DNA of 64,000 nucleotides from Squalus acanthias (lineage: Eukaryota), in contig CM059432.1 in NCBI GenBank assembly GCA_030390025.1, positions 148,926,001 through 148,990,000 of the forward strand, written 5' to 3'. How positions within the stretch are numbered: the stretch's first letter is position 1; each line of letters opens with the position of its first letter. Positions 38,827 to 51,013 of the stretch are shown here, one piece after another. The translations under genes were made by a program, and so were the position numbers. The notes beneath the pieces were generated by a model. That model did not search any database and was not told the origin of the DNA. It saw only the letters and a program-made list of their open reading frames with translations.

Positions 38827-39089
38827 CTGCAATTTATCAATTCTTTAAATTTTGCTTACAAAGAATCTACAGCACAGAAACAGGCCATTCGGCCCAACTG
38901 GTCAAAGCTGGTGTTTATACTCCTCACGAGCCTCCTCCTCCTCTAATTACCACTTCTCACCAAGCAGTTTATTAGCACTTATATTTGCCTCCTACAATGC
39001 AATTAACTGCATTTGAAAGTTTATTTGTATCTCTGAAAGCTGCTACTTTCTTTGAAAGCAAATCCATGTTTTTTTTGCCAACCTACTTT

Positions 39090-39502
39090 AGCAGAAGGAA
39101 CTTGTATAGCACTTTTCATGACATCAGAATGCCCCAAAGTGCATCACAGCCAATTCATTGGTTTTCGCAGTGTTGTTATCAAGGTCCCGAACAAGATGAT
39201 AATGGCCAGTTTATCTGTTTTTGGTGGTCTTCGGTAAGGGATAAATATCAGTCAGGACAATGGGAGAACTCCCCTGCTTGTCTTCAAAAAATGCCATAGG
39301 ATCCTGTATGTCCTCCTAAACAGACGGATGGGGCCTCACTTTCATGTCTCATCCGGAAATGTGACACTTCCAACAATGCAGCCCTCCCTGAGTAACGTAG
39401 CAAAGTGTCACCCTAGATTATATGCTCAACTCCTGGTGTGGGACTTGAACCCATGACCTTCTGACTTAGAGGCAAGCGAGCCACCAAGTGAGCTGAGCTA
39501 AC
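39090..39502 (-). mobile_element. Deu-domain SINE (SacSINE1-like)
   Basis: Reverse-complement similarity to 21247-21690, including the head ggacttgaacccatgaccttctgacttagaggc. Confidence 0.72.
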
Positions 39503-41258
39503 GTGGTACATGATCGACTGCTGGCAAAATGCTGACCTGATGCCACAGTAAAGACAAGGAAAATCATAGGAATTGGCTATCCAATGTTAAAAGCAAGAAA
39601 ATACAGAACATTACATCAAGATGTGGAAGAGATTTTGGTCATCTAGTTATATGGCTACACTTGCAACACATATTCTATCAGTACAGATTGTAAACCAGTT
39701 AAATATATGGTTCACAACTCAGATGATTCAGAATCTCCCGTAAGATATGGGATTCTTAATAAATTTGGAAAATGAGACAGTGCACCTTCTGTGTAAAATT
39801 TTGAAAAGACCCCAGAGTCCGTCACGAGAGAATACACTGGAAACTTGACTGTAATCACGATTTTAAACACTGAAGTCAAAAGCTTCACATGCTGCAGTGT
39901 AAATAGGACATGCAGGTGATTCACAATGTCTCCTTTTTAAAGAAAACAAAAAAAAGGTCAGTGCCTGGGCGAGCACAGTGCTGTGTGTAATTGGACTGTA
40001 TTTTTTTTTTGAAGTCGCCTAAAGTAGTTTTGTATTTGCTGAACATAATTTTATTACTCAAAGCTAGTTGTGAATTACAGGAATCCACAAAATTGGTAAT
40101 CCTAATGAAAAAAGCATTTTGGAAAGAATGTTGAAAGAGAAACTAATTAACACAATTAAATTTTTTTTTAAACTTGAAACAAATTAAGGAAGATTAATAG
40201 CCACTTGCAGTTGTCTGAGTTACACTGAGTAACGCCATACTATCGTAACAAATTTAGAGATAGTACACAACAAATGGTAGTTGGAACTTTGTTTAAAATC
40301 GAGTGAAACCGATAGGAGCCGAGTTTTTTTTTAATATTATAGATTTAACAAAAAGATTTGAGAGTCGACTGAATGTTGACAGGAATCAAAACATCCTACA
40401 GAGGGAAAGTGCCTGCTTTTCCTCCCCACCCTTGTCATTGATTTTTCTCCTCAGCCACGCAACACCTCTATCTCAGAGGGTGGCTTGCAGAGCTACTTCA
40501 GGGCCCACACCAATATAACCAGTCATTAGGTGGTGCACACAAGTGATTCAGAGGTGACTGGCTATCTCTTTCCCATCTGCTTAAATCCAGTAGGATAACT
40601 TGGGCTCCATTCAGCAATTTCCTATGGCAATACTGTTGTAATTGGGACCTCTGTGTTGATAAAGTTCTTTGGATGAAAGAGGGAGCATAGAAGAATTAAG
40701 ACTATACACTAAATTATAATCCTGGCTACATTTTAATTGTTCCGCTAAAACACAAACGATTAATTTTCACTTCAAGAGGACATGCAACCAAGTTTCTTCA
40801 GCTGCTAGCCTTTAACCTATGACACCGACACTAAAGGTTAAATTGTAGGCATATTTTGAATGCCATCTCGAATACAAGTTCAGAGGGGAATAGAGGAAGT
40901 CACCTCCCAGTCCTCAGGAAGGGCACGAAAAGTCGACTGTTTAGTAAGAAACTTAACTTTGGAATTCATCAAAGAACTTTTAACTGTACATAAAGGAGCT
41001 CAGACTCCATTCCTGATTTATGTTAGAGAAAGTCATCATCATCATCAATGAACCTACAGTAGTAACAGTGAAATAACTTGGGCGAGCTGTGATCATTGCA
41101 ATTCACAGAACTACACCAACTATTTCAGTGCAGTAGCTTACTTTCGAACTGAATAATTATGACCTGGGTCAGCTCTGCAGCAACTCATGCCATACTCCTG
41201 CTTCCCTGCAGCTACTGAGCAGACATCAGAACACTCACCTCACTGAAGTACTGCTCAC

Positions 41259-41342
41259 CTTATCTTGCTCCAACTGTTCAATTAAATTCTTTGCATCTCG
41301 GAGCTGAGTGATAAGTTTACTCTTTTCAGTAGTGTGCAGATC
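41259..41342 (-). CDS. GOLGA4: GOLGA4 exon, 84 nt, DLHTTEKSKLITQLRDAKNLIEQLEQDK
   Basis: CAG acceptor ending at 41343, GTGAG donor from 41258, phase 0-0. Matches human KLITQLRDAKNLIEQLEQDK. Confidence 0.97.
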
Positions 41343-41606
41343 CTGAAGAAATAAACAACGTGTAAAGACATTTTCCATCTGATGTCCCCATTATATTACA
41401 TAGACTTCACAGCATAGAAACAGGCCATTCGGCCAACTGGTCTATGCCAGAGTTTATGCTCCACACGAGCCTCCTCCCATCCTACTTCATCCAACCCAAT
41501 CAGCATATCCTTCTTATCCTTTCTCCCTCATGTACTTATTGAGCTTCCCCTTGAATACATCCATGCTATATTCACACACTACCTTGCATAAAAAATTAAG
41601 TTGTTA

Positions 41607-42527
41607 AGCAGGAAAAATAGTAGAGCAAGTTATTATCTTAATGGCAAGAAACTGGAAAGTACTGACGTACAAAGGGATCTGGGGGTCCTGGTGCACGAAA
41701 CTCAAAAGGTTAGTATGCAGGTGCAGCAAGTGATTAAGAAGGCCAATGGAATGTTGGCTTTCATTGCTAGGGGGATAGAATATAAAAATAGGGAGGTATT
41801 GCTTCAGTTGTACAAGGTATTGGTGAGACCGCACCTGGAATACTGCATACAGTTTTGGTGTCCATACTTAAGAAAAGACATACTTGCTCTCGAGTCAGTA
41901 CAAAGAAGGTTCACTCGGTTAATCCCGGGGATGAGGGGGTGGACATATGAGGAGAGGTTGGGTAGATTGGGACTCTACTCATTGGAGTTCAGAAGAATGA
42001 GAGGCGATCTTATTGAAACATATAAGATTGTGAAGGGGTTGGATCGGGTGGATGCGGCGAGGATGTTCCCGATGATGGGTGAAACTAGAACTAGGGGGCA
42101 TAGTCTTAGAATAAGGGGCTGCTCTTTCAAAACTGAGATGAGAAGGAACTACTTCACTCAGAGGGTGGTAGGTCCATGGAATATGCTGCCCCAAAAAGCT
42201 GTAGAAGCTACATCATTACATAAATTTAAAACAGAAATAGACAGTTTCCTAGAAGTAAAGGGAATTAAGGGTTACGGGGAGCGGGCAGGAATTTGGACAC
42301 GAGTCTAGGTTCGGATCGGTCATGGCCCTGTGGGTAGCGTAGCGGGCCCAGGGGCCGTGTAGCCTGATCCTGCTCCTATTTCGTGTGTCCAATTCTGTTA
42401 GGTTCAGGAGATGGTTCTGTGATAGTAGATTGGCGGTTAGGATCAGATCAGCCATGATCTTATTGAATGGCGGAGCAGGCTCGAGGGGCCAATTGGCCTA
42501 CTCCTGCTCCTATTTCTTATGTTCTTA
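41607..42527 (+). mobile_element. CR1 LINE 3' fragment with an uninterrupted 235-aa ORF2 C-terminus
   Basis: QRDLGVLV, LVRPHLEYCIQFW, RTRGHSLRIRG, and a ttcttatgttctt tail. Confidence 0.93.
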
Positions 42528-42719
42528 AACATAGAATACTAAATTGCTTCTCTCTTTGAACTTCCTGCACCATTCTCCAAAACAGGGGCAACAGGTGGCA
42601 TGCTCACAAGGCTATGCCAATGTCTTTTCCTAACGAGTCACCAACCTAGCTTCACATTCCAATTTTGTTTTTCTCATGTGAAACCACTTGATTTCTGCTC
42701 AATACTTCCTCCATTGTGA

Positions 42720-45176
42720 ATCAGAGGAAACTGGAATGTTGTTGCATGGGTAATTGAATTTGATATTAGGTTTGAGAGGGAGAAGCATGAGTCACGAACT
42801 ATGGTTTTAAATTTAGGTAAGGTGGACTTTGAAGAGTTGAGGCAGAAATTGACGGATAAAACTACAGATCAACAGTGGGAGCTGTGCAAAGAAGTATTTG
42901 GCTGAATACAAGACCTGTACATACCCCAAAAGGGCAAGAGCTCTACTTGAGTAATTAAACAACCTCGGTCAACAAAAGAAGTGAGATAATGTAAAACTAA
43001 AAAGGGCTTGTACGAATGCAAACAACAGTAGAGATCCCATGGACTGGGAGAGATATATCGAACAGCAAAGGGATACAAAGAAAGTAGTAAGTGTTGCAGA
43101 AAGGGAATACGAGAAAAAGGTAGATAAGGTGGTTAAGAAGGCATACGGAATGCTTGCCTTTATTAGCCGTGGCACAGAATACAAGAGCAGGGGGGTTATG
43201 CTTCAACTGTATAAAACACTAGTTAGGCCTCAGCTAGAGCACTGCATGCAGTTCTGGTCACATTACAGGAAAGATGTGATTGCACTAGAGCGGGTACAGA
43301 GGAGATTTACAAAGATGTTGCCGGGAGTAGAAAATCTTAACTATGAGGAAAGACTGGATAGGCTGGGTCTGTTTTCCTTGGAACAGAGGAGGCTGAGGGG
43401 AGACCTTATTGAGGTGTATAAAATTATGAGGGGCCTAGATAAAGTGGATAGAAAGGACCTATTTCCCTTAGAGAGGTCAAAAACCAGGGGGCACGGATTT
43501 AAATAATTGGTAGAAGGTTTAGAGGGGATTTGAGGGGAAATTTCTTCACCCAGAGGGTTGTGGGGGTCTGGAACTCACTGCCTGAAAGGGTGGTAGAGGC
43601 AGGAACCCTAACCACATCTACGAAGTACTTGGATGTGCACTTGGGATGCTCTAACCTGCAGGGCTACGGACCAAGAGCTGGGAAGTGGGATTAGGCTGGA
43701 TAGCTCTTTGTTGGCCGGCGCAGACACGATGGGCTGAAATGGCCTCCTTCCGTGCTGTAACTTTCTATGATTCTATAAAAAACTTGCGAGATATATCAAG
43801 GGCAACACTAAAGGTTTTTACGAGTATATTAAGAGAAAGAGGGTGGTTAAGGGTAATATGGGCCCCTTAAAGACAAACGCAGGTGATATTGCAATAGAAA
43901 ATCAGGAAATGGCAGACTTGCTAAATTCTTACTTTGTATCCATCTTCACAGTTGAGGATGAGGATAAAGTTGCAGAGTTATAAGGAAAAGTAAAAATAAA
44001 TCAAGTGGAGGAACTTATTAGATTTAATGTAAGTAAAAAAAAAAGGGTAATGGATAAAATAATGAGACTAAAGATAGAGAAATCTCCAGGACCTGATGGT
44101 TTCTACCCATAGGGTATTAAAGGAAGTAGGTGAGGAAATTGCAGATGCTTTAGTCATAATCTTCCAAAATGTTCTGGATTCAGGAATTTTCCCCTTTGAT
44201 TAGAAAACTGCCAATTTCACTCCATTATTTAAGAAGGGTAGGAGAGATAGATAAGGAAATTATAGGCCTATTAGTCTAACGTCTGTTGTGGGAAGTTATT
44301 CGAATCTGTTATTAGGGACAGAATGACTGAGCACTTGGTCAAATATGAACTGATCAGAGAGAGCCAGCACTGATTTGTAAAGGGCAAGCCATGTCTAACG
44401 AAGCTAGCTGAATTTTTTGAGGTAATGAATGTGGTAGATAAGGGAGTGTCTATGGATGTTATTTATACGGATTTCCAGAAAGCGTTCGATAAGGTTCCAC
44501 ATAAAAGACTGTTAACAAAAATGAGAGCCCATTGATTTGGAGGCAATCTATTGACATGGGTAGGGAATTGGTTAGGAGGTAGGAGACCGAGAGTAGGGAT
44601 AATGGGTATGTATTCAAATTGGCAGGATGTGACTAGTGGTGTCCCCCCAGGGATCTGTACTGGGGCCTCAGCTTTTCACGATATTTGTAAGTGACTTAGA
44701 TGAAGGAAGAGAGAGCCGTATATCCAAGTTTGCTGACGACACCAAGTTAAGTGGCACAGTAAATAATGTAGATGCGAGCATAAAGATGCAAAGGGACATT
44801 GATAGATTAAGTGAGTGAGGAAAAACTGTGGCAGATGGACTTTAATGTGGAAAAGTGAGGGGTCATCCACTTTGGACCAAAGAAAGATCGATCAGAGTAT
44901 TTTCTAAATGGTGTGGAGCTCGGAACAGTGGATGTGCAGAGAGATTTAGGGGTCCAAGTACAGAAATCACTAAAAGCTAGTGGACAGGTACAAAAAATAA
45001 TTTAAAAAGCTAATGGAATGTTGGGCTTTAACTCAAGGTGTTTGGAATACAAAAAGGGTGGAAGTTATGTTATAGTTATATAAAGCTCTGGTTAGATCCC
45101 ATTTAGAGCACTGTGTTCAATTCTGGGCACCGCACCTCAAAGTATATATTGGCCTTGGAGGGGGCACAGCGCAGAT
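42720..45176 (+). mobile_element. Older CR1 ORF2 fragment with a nested younger CR1 3' fragment (~43118-43777)
   Basis: Host sequence gaatacgagaaaa|aaaacttgcgag resumes after the insert. RT motifs ggatttccagaaagcgttcgataagg and [11 protein letters not shown]...KFADDTK. Insert encodes LVRPQLEHCMQFW...KTRGHGFK. Confidence 0.85.
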
Positions 45177-45822
45177 TGAGCCCCTCGAGCCTGTTCTGCC
45201 ATTCAATTAGATCACAGCTGATCTGTATCTCAATTTCATTTACCTGCCGGTTCCATACCCTTGCCTAACAAAAATCTATCAAGCTCAGTTTTGACATTTT
45301 CAATTGACCGAGCCTCAACAGCTTTGTGGGACAGTGGGTTCCAGATTTCCACTAACGGTTGTGTGACGAAGTGCTTCCTGACATGACCCCTAAATGGCCG
45401 AGGTCTAATTTTAAGGTTAAGGTTATGCCCAACGTACACTCTAAGCTGCGCAGCCCGGGACTGGCTTTTCCAATGTGAAATTTCACACTTGCACGAAACT
45501 TTGAATGGGCCGCGCAGCCCATTAAAAGGGATTGCGCAACCCCCAAAAATATTAGGGGGGAACATGGTTATGCCCCCTTGTTCTGGACTCACCCACCAGA
45601 GGAAATAGTTTCTCACTATCTGCCCTATCTAATCATCTTAAAAAACCTCAATTGGATTCAACCTAATCTTCTATATTCGAGGGAATACAAGCCTAGTCTA
45701 TGCAACCTGTCCTCAAAATTTAACCCTTTTATCCCAGGTATCATTCCAGTGAATCTGCACTACACCTCTCGAAGGCCAATATAACCTTCCAGAGTTGCAG
45801 TGCACAAAACCGAACGCAGTAA
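45177..45822 (-). mobile_element. CR1 LINE 3' fragment
   Basis: RPFRGHVRKHFVTQPLVEIWNPL remnant, with a CR1 3' UTR at the left end. Confidence 0.8.
45430..45566. mobile_element. hAT-like MITE related to 16031-16172
   Basis: 8-bp TSD GTTATGCC at 45422-45429 and 45567-45574. Ends caacgtacactctaagctgcgc / gggaacatg. Confidence 0.78.
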
Positions 45823-46630
45823 TAATTAAATGATTAACATTTTTTCTATCGCTTCCCCCTCCCGATATAGGGCCACTAGAATTTGGTGACTGTCTACTGT
45901 GTTCGTGTCTTTGGAACAAAGTTCCAGTCACAGTATTGGGTCACGATGAAAGAATCATGTTGTTTTTTCCAATCCCTCTGAACTATCAGCATGAAACTTA
46001 AAACAATGTCAGAATTTTGAAGGAGGACAGGTTGAAGATAAACGTGACTGTGGCACCTCCCAGAGACACACTATTCAGTTGACACGTTTCATTTCCTCGA
46101 AAGATTAAGCAGCCAGTTTTCATAAGAAACATTTGAAATGGCAGACCTTTACAACATAAAGAGAGTGGTAAATAGGCCTGGAAACCATTTGTGCATTTAT
46201 ATGTGATATACGCAAACATTATTGCCCAACTAGAGTTTATCCTCCACAGGAGTAATGGGGTGGTTGTGGGGGGGAGATGGGGAAGAGAGAGGTAAGCAAG
46301 GTTTCTTCGGGTTCATGTTGTCCCAACAGTGATGGACAATTGAAACAGAGGACATATTCTTTGGCTGACTCTGTAATCTGACACTTAAACTAACAGGTCT
46401 AAACTGGTCCAGGGCATCGATACTGAATCATGAGCCAGCCTGGCACACTGATGGGGACGGGAAAGGTAAACCTACTCAGGGCCTGGGATTCTTCCCATTC
46501 AACCCCAGGTGGCACAAAAGTCAAGATTTAATGGACAAGAAGCAGCAAGCTTATCAATGCTCTGTGCTAGTAATAGGCACAGTTTTACTTCCAGCAGCAA
46601 TACCACACTAATCTGAGTCCCTAAACTTTA

Positions 46631-47050
46631 GGGGCTATAAATTGGTTAGCCCCGAAAACAAGCGCGGGGATCGCGATGCAGGATTAACCCGAGCCAGCCA
46701 TGTCTCAGCTTCCATTGCAGCACAAGCAGCATGTACCCAACGTCTGACTACTGCAGTGAAAGCTCAGACTGCTGCCATCATGGCTCTGGATACCAGTGTG
46801 CCAAAGGGCTTCCAGGGCGGCACAGCACACCTGCAATCTCTTATCCAACAGATCTGCTCCCTAAAGACCCTCTGCGGATATAGCCTCCTACTAAGAGCCC
46901 TTCTCCCCCTCTTATGCCTCCTCCCTCTTCTAGCAGCTTGTCCTGCTCTGCGTGGCCTCTGCTCATTCCCCCAGTCATGCTCAATGCCAAGAGGAAGCCC
47001 TACTAGGCCACCCATGTCTGGAAGCAGCTGGTTTGTTACACAGGCTTGCC
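46631..47050. mobile_element. Internally deleted PIF/Harbinger remnant
   Basis: Terminus ggggctataaattgg. Minus-strand RRGRRHKRGRRALSRRLYPQRVFREQ is homologous to the transposase N-terminus at ~9040-9190. Plus-strand VSASIAAQAACTQRLTTAVKAQTAAIMAL may derive from the second (Myb/SANT) ORF. Confidence 0.6.
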
Positions 47051-47867
47051 ACGCCCCAGAGAATTGACTGCATTCCTCATCCACACCTTCAAATCCCTCA
47101 ATGGCCTCACCCCTCACTGCCTGCCTGCTCCAACAGTGGTCACTCCTTTAGCTATTATGTTTTTGTTATTCATTCATGGGATGTGGGTGCCGCTGCTCCC
47201 ACCCCTGGAAATCTCCCCTCAGTATCTCAGCCTCGTCACTTCCCTCCCTGCCTTCAACACCTTCCAAAAGATCTCTTTTGCCCCTCCTCCCAACACTTCC
47301 TCCGACCTGATGTGCACACGTTGCCCACCGTTCTACAAAGAACTTGGGGATATCATGTCTATACTTCAAGATTATTATAAAAATGTAAGTTGCTGCCAGT
47401 TAAAATAGGAAGTATTTGCAAATTATAAATGGCCAAGTCAACCAATTGCAGAGGGGGAGTAAAGGCTATGATACTGATAGAATTTCCATATATTTATTCT
47501 CCATCAAACCACCAATAAAATATGCAGATTGTCGGTCACTGCTGTACTAGAAATTAAACTACGATACAAGCAATTTATTATTTCAGTTCAATTACAAAAA
47601 AAAAGACTAGTCTGCAGATTCTACTTTTAAAGAGCTGAGCAGTCTGTCAACAGTCATTCCCTTGGATGGCACAAAGGTTGCCAACCCAGGCCAAGGTGCC
47701 AGACAGCAACCCACCCCTTTAGAGCTGTACTGCAATTCAGCTATGAGCCAGATCTTCAGTGTTCCACTGTGTTTGGACTTCAGTCCCTGCCAGCAAATAT
47801 TTTAAGTGTTGTTGGACTGACAAGAGCATCCAGAGCAAAGGAAAGCTCTCCCAGTTTTTAGGTTCAC

Positions 47868-48055
47868 CTTTAATTTCTCCAGCTCCTGATAGCGCTCATC
47901 CAGTTGCTCTTGAAGGGCTTCCTTTTCACTGGTCATCTGAGTGCAGCGTTCCTTGTGGATGTGAATCATTTCCTTACAACGCTGTAGGAGATTTTCTTGC
48001 CTCTTAACACGTTTTTGAAGAACTACTACGGAATTAGCAGCATCGCCAGCTCCCT
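47868..48055 (-). CDS. GOLGA4: GOLGA4 exon, 188 nt, (E)GAGDAANSVVVLQKRVKRQENLLQRCKEMIHIHKERCTQMTSEKEALQEQLDERYQELEKLK
   Basis: CAG acceptor ending at 48056, GTGAA donor from 47867, phase 1-0. Matches human RVKRQENLLKRCKE...SEKEALQEQLDERLQELEK. Confidence 0.96.
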
Positions 48056-48099
48056 CTGCAGGACACACAATGATAACACAGTTGAACATAAGAACCTGT

Positions 48100-48492
48100 G
48101 ATGCGGAGATGCCGGTGTTGGACTGGGGTGGACAAAAGTGAGAAGTCGCACAACACCAGGTTATAGTCCAACAGCTTTATTTGAAATCACAAGCTTTCGG
48201 AGCGCTGCTCCTTCGTCAGGTGAAGTGAAGAAATACATATGGGCACAGCATATATAGTCAGAGAACAATGCCAGACGACTACAGTTAATCTTTCTAACTG
48301 CCCTTGTAATAGCTAAGGTGTGATAAAGGGCAGTTAGAAAGATTAACTATAGTCGTCTGGCATTGTTCTCTAACTATATTTGCTGTGCCCATATGTATTT
48401 CTTCACTTCACCTGACGAAAGAGCAGCGCGCCGAAAGCTTGTGATTTCAAATAAAGCTGTTGGACTATAACCTGGTGTTGTGCGACTTCTCA
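48100..48492. mobile_element. Penelope-like palindromic pseudo-LTR insertion, family P1
   Basis: 167-bp inverted arms at 48139-48305 and 48326-48492 (about 5 mismatches), a 20-nt spacer, and a 39-nt unpaired tail at 48100-48138. Confidence 0.88.
48187..48223 (-). ncRNA. Minimal type I hammerhead ribozyme motif
   Basis: Minus strand UCAC-CUGACGA-A-GGAGC-AGC-GCUCC-GAAA-GC-UU-GUGA. The mirror copy at 48408-48444 (+) has a damaged stem II. Confidence 0.72.
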
Positions 48493-50027
48493 ACATAAGA
48501 CGTAGGAGCAGGAGTAGGTCATTTGGCCCCTTGAGCCTGCTCCGCCATTCAATAAGATCGTAGCTGATCTGATCTTGGGCTCAACTCCACTTTCCAGCCC
48601 GCTCCCCAAAACCCTCGACTCCCCTGTAGCTCAAATATCTGTCTATCTCCGTCTTGAATATATTCAATGACCCAGCCTCCACAGCTCTCTGGGGTAGAGA
48701 ATTCCAAAGATTCACGACCCTCCGAGAAGAAATTCCTCCTCATCTCCGTTTTAAATGGGCGACCCCTTATTCTGAAACTATGCCCCCTAGTTCTAGATTC
48801 CCCCATGAGGGGAAACATCCTCCCTGCATCTACCCTGTCAAGCCCCCTCAGAATCTTATATGTTTCAATAAGATCACCTCTCATTCTTCTAAAGTCCAAT
48901 GAGTATAGGCCCAACCTGCTCAACCTTTCTTCATAAGACAACCCCTTCATCTCAGGAATCAACCTCGTGAACCTTCTCTGAACTGCCTCTAATGCAAGTA
49001 TATCCTTCCTTAAATAAGGAGACCAAAACTGCACGCAGTACTCCAGATGTGGTCTCACCAGCGCCCTGTACAGTTGTAGCAAGACTTCCCTACTTTTGTA
49101 CTCCATCCCCCTTGCAATAAGGGCCAACAGTCCATTTGCCTTCCTAATTACTTGCTGAACCTGCAGGCTAACTTTTTGTGTTTCATGTACGAGGACCCCC
49201 AGATCCCTCTGTACCGCAGCATTTTGTAGTCTCTCTCCACTTAAATAATAATTTGCTTTTTTATTCTTCCTACCAAAGTGGATAACCTCACATTTTCCCA
49301 CATTATACTCCATCTGTCAAATTTTTGCCCACTCACTTAACCTGTCTATATCCCTTGGCAGACTCTGTGTCCTCCTCACAACTTGCTTTCCCACCTATCT
49401 TTGTATCAGCAGCAAATTTGGCTACAGTACACTCGGTCCCTTCATCCAAGTCATTAATATAGATTATAAATAGTTGAGGCCCCAACACTGATCCCTGCGG
49501 CACCCCATTAGTTATAGTTTGCCAACCTGAAAATGACCCATTTATCCTGACTGTTTTCTCTTCGTTAGCCAATCCTCTATCCATGCTACAATAACAAAAT
49601 ACTGCGGATGCTGGAAAACTGAAACAACAACAGAAAGTGCTGTAAACACTCAGCAGGTCAGGTAGCATCGAGGAGAGAAACAGAGTCAACATTTCGGGTC
49701 GAACCCTTCGTCTCTCTTCTCAATGCTGCCTGACCTGCTGAGTGTTTCCAGCACTTTCTGTTGTTATTCCTCTAACCATGCCAATATATTACTCCCAACC
49801 TCGTGAGCTCTTATCTTGTGCAGTAATCTTTTATGTGGCACCTTATCGAATGCCTTCTGGAAATCTAAATACACTACATCTACTGGTTCCCCTTTATCCA
49901 CCCTGCTCGTTACATCCTCAAAGAACTCTAGTAAATTTGTCAAACATGATTTCCCTTTCATAAAACCATGTTGACTCTGCTTGATTGTATTAGGATTTTC
50001 TATTACTTCCTTAATAATGGATTCCAG
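48493..50027 (-). mobile_element. CR1 LINE ORF2 3' half, interrupted by a P2 insertion
   Basis: QSQHGFMKGKSCLTNLLEFFE...[26 protein letters not shown], and 254-aa ORF 48549-49313. Confidence 0.93.
49589..49767. mobile_element. Penelope-like inverted pseudo-LTR insertion, family P2
   Basis: Inverted arms acaacagaaagtgctgtaaacactcagcaggtcagg / cctgacctgctgagtgtttccagcactttctgttgt. TSD TCCTCTA(T/A)CCATGC at 49573-49586 and 49768-49781. Confidence 0.8.
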
Positions 50028-51013
50028 CCACAGAACTAAAAAAAAGCTAGTGCAATGCAAGTTGCGGCAAAAAACATTCTCGTCTTAGTGCAGACACTGA
50101 AACAACTGGAATTATTTTCTGATGTTATAAAAACAAACAACAACAAAAAGTAAACTTGAAATGTCACATTACCGCTGACCTTACTTGAAAATCTCATTTT
50201 TGAAAATGCAGAACTGCACAAGTTGGCAATGGCCTGCAGGACAGAAAATTTCCTCCTCATAGCAACTAATCAGGTGAGTTAATTAGGTATCATTAAAAAA
50301 AACTTAAAATATTAATTACAAAACTTCAAAGCGATCCTTGCACAAACTCAATTTATAAGTAGCCATATATAGAGTAGAAACAATTATTCAAGCTTATTTG
50401 CGAAAAATGAGACTTCCAAGAATGAGGGCTGCCAACATTTTTCTTCATTCACTTCAACTACTCTGATGGTGCTATAACAGCTGAGCTCCCTGATGCACCC
50501 ACCTGAAACTCATATCATTGACGCAAAACATCCACCTAAAAATTCACCTGCGTCAACAATCTCAGAGTGTGAGCTGCAAACCTATAAAGTCAGTCAGCCC
50601 AAGCAGACAAGGGATTCTCATATTACTGGCAGTCTTGAGGGTTGAAGTGTGACTGTACGCTTTTAATTCACATCCAATTGTGGAGCTTTTTGCAATTCCA
50701 GCTGGGAATTTAATCTAATCTGCTAACACACGCACACCCAAAAATAATTGTTTAACCAAGAACATGGAATGAAATTACCACCAGGAACTTCAGGCTTATT
50801 TTTTTTTTATCTGCAGCATGCTCCAAGACAAGCCTATTCTATTTCAGTTTTATCAACGTGTGAATAATTAGTATGACAAAACTAGAGACCTTAAAGCTGC
50901 AGAGTGAGGAAATTACTATTGCTGGGATTCACCAATCATGCCCCTTGTGGTGTTGAAAAAAATCCAAGTACTTCAGAGTACAACGAAGAAAATGTATTGT
51001 GGCTTTACACCAT

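Noticed and set aside
41601..42308. Long RT-related ORFs (also 48549-49313, 54711-55547, 56679-57389) as host genes or active elements
   Set aside because: 5'-truncated LINE ORF2 fragments. No complete EN+RT frame is present in the window.
45100..45822. Plus-strand CR1 followed by an inverted CR1 3' part, resembling a twin-priming inversion
   Set aside because: The geometry is tail-to-tail, with a diverged ~50-bp overlap, not the head-to-head junction of twin priming. It cannot be distinguished from two independent insertions.
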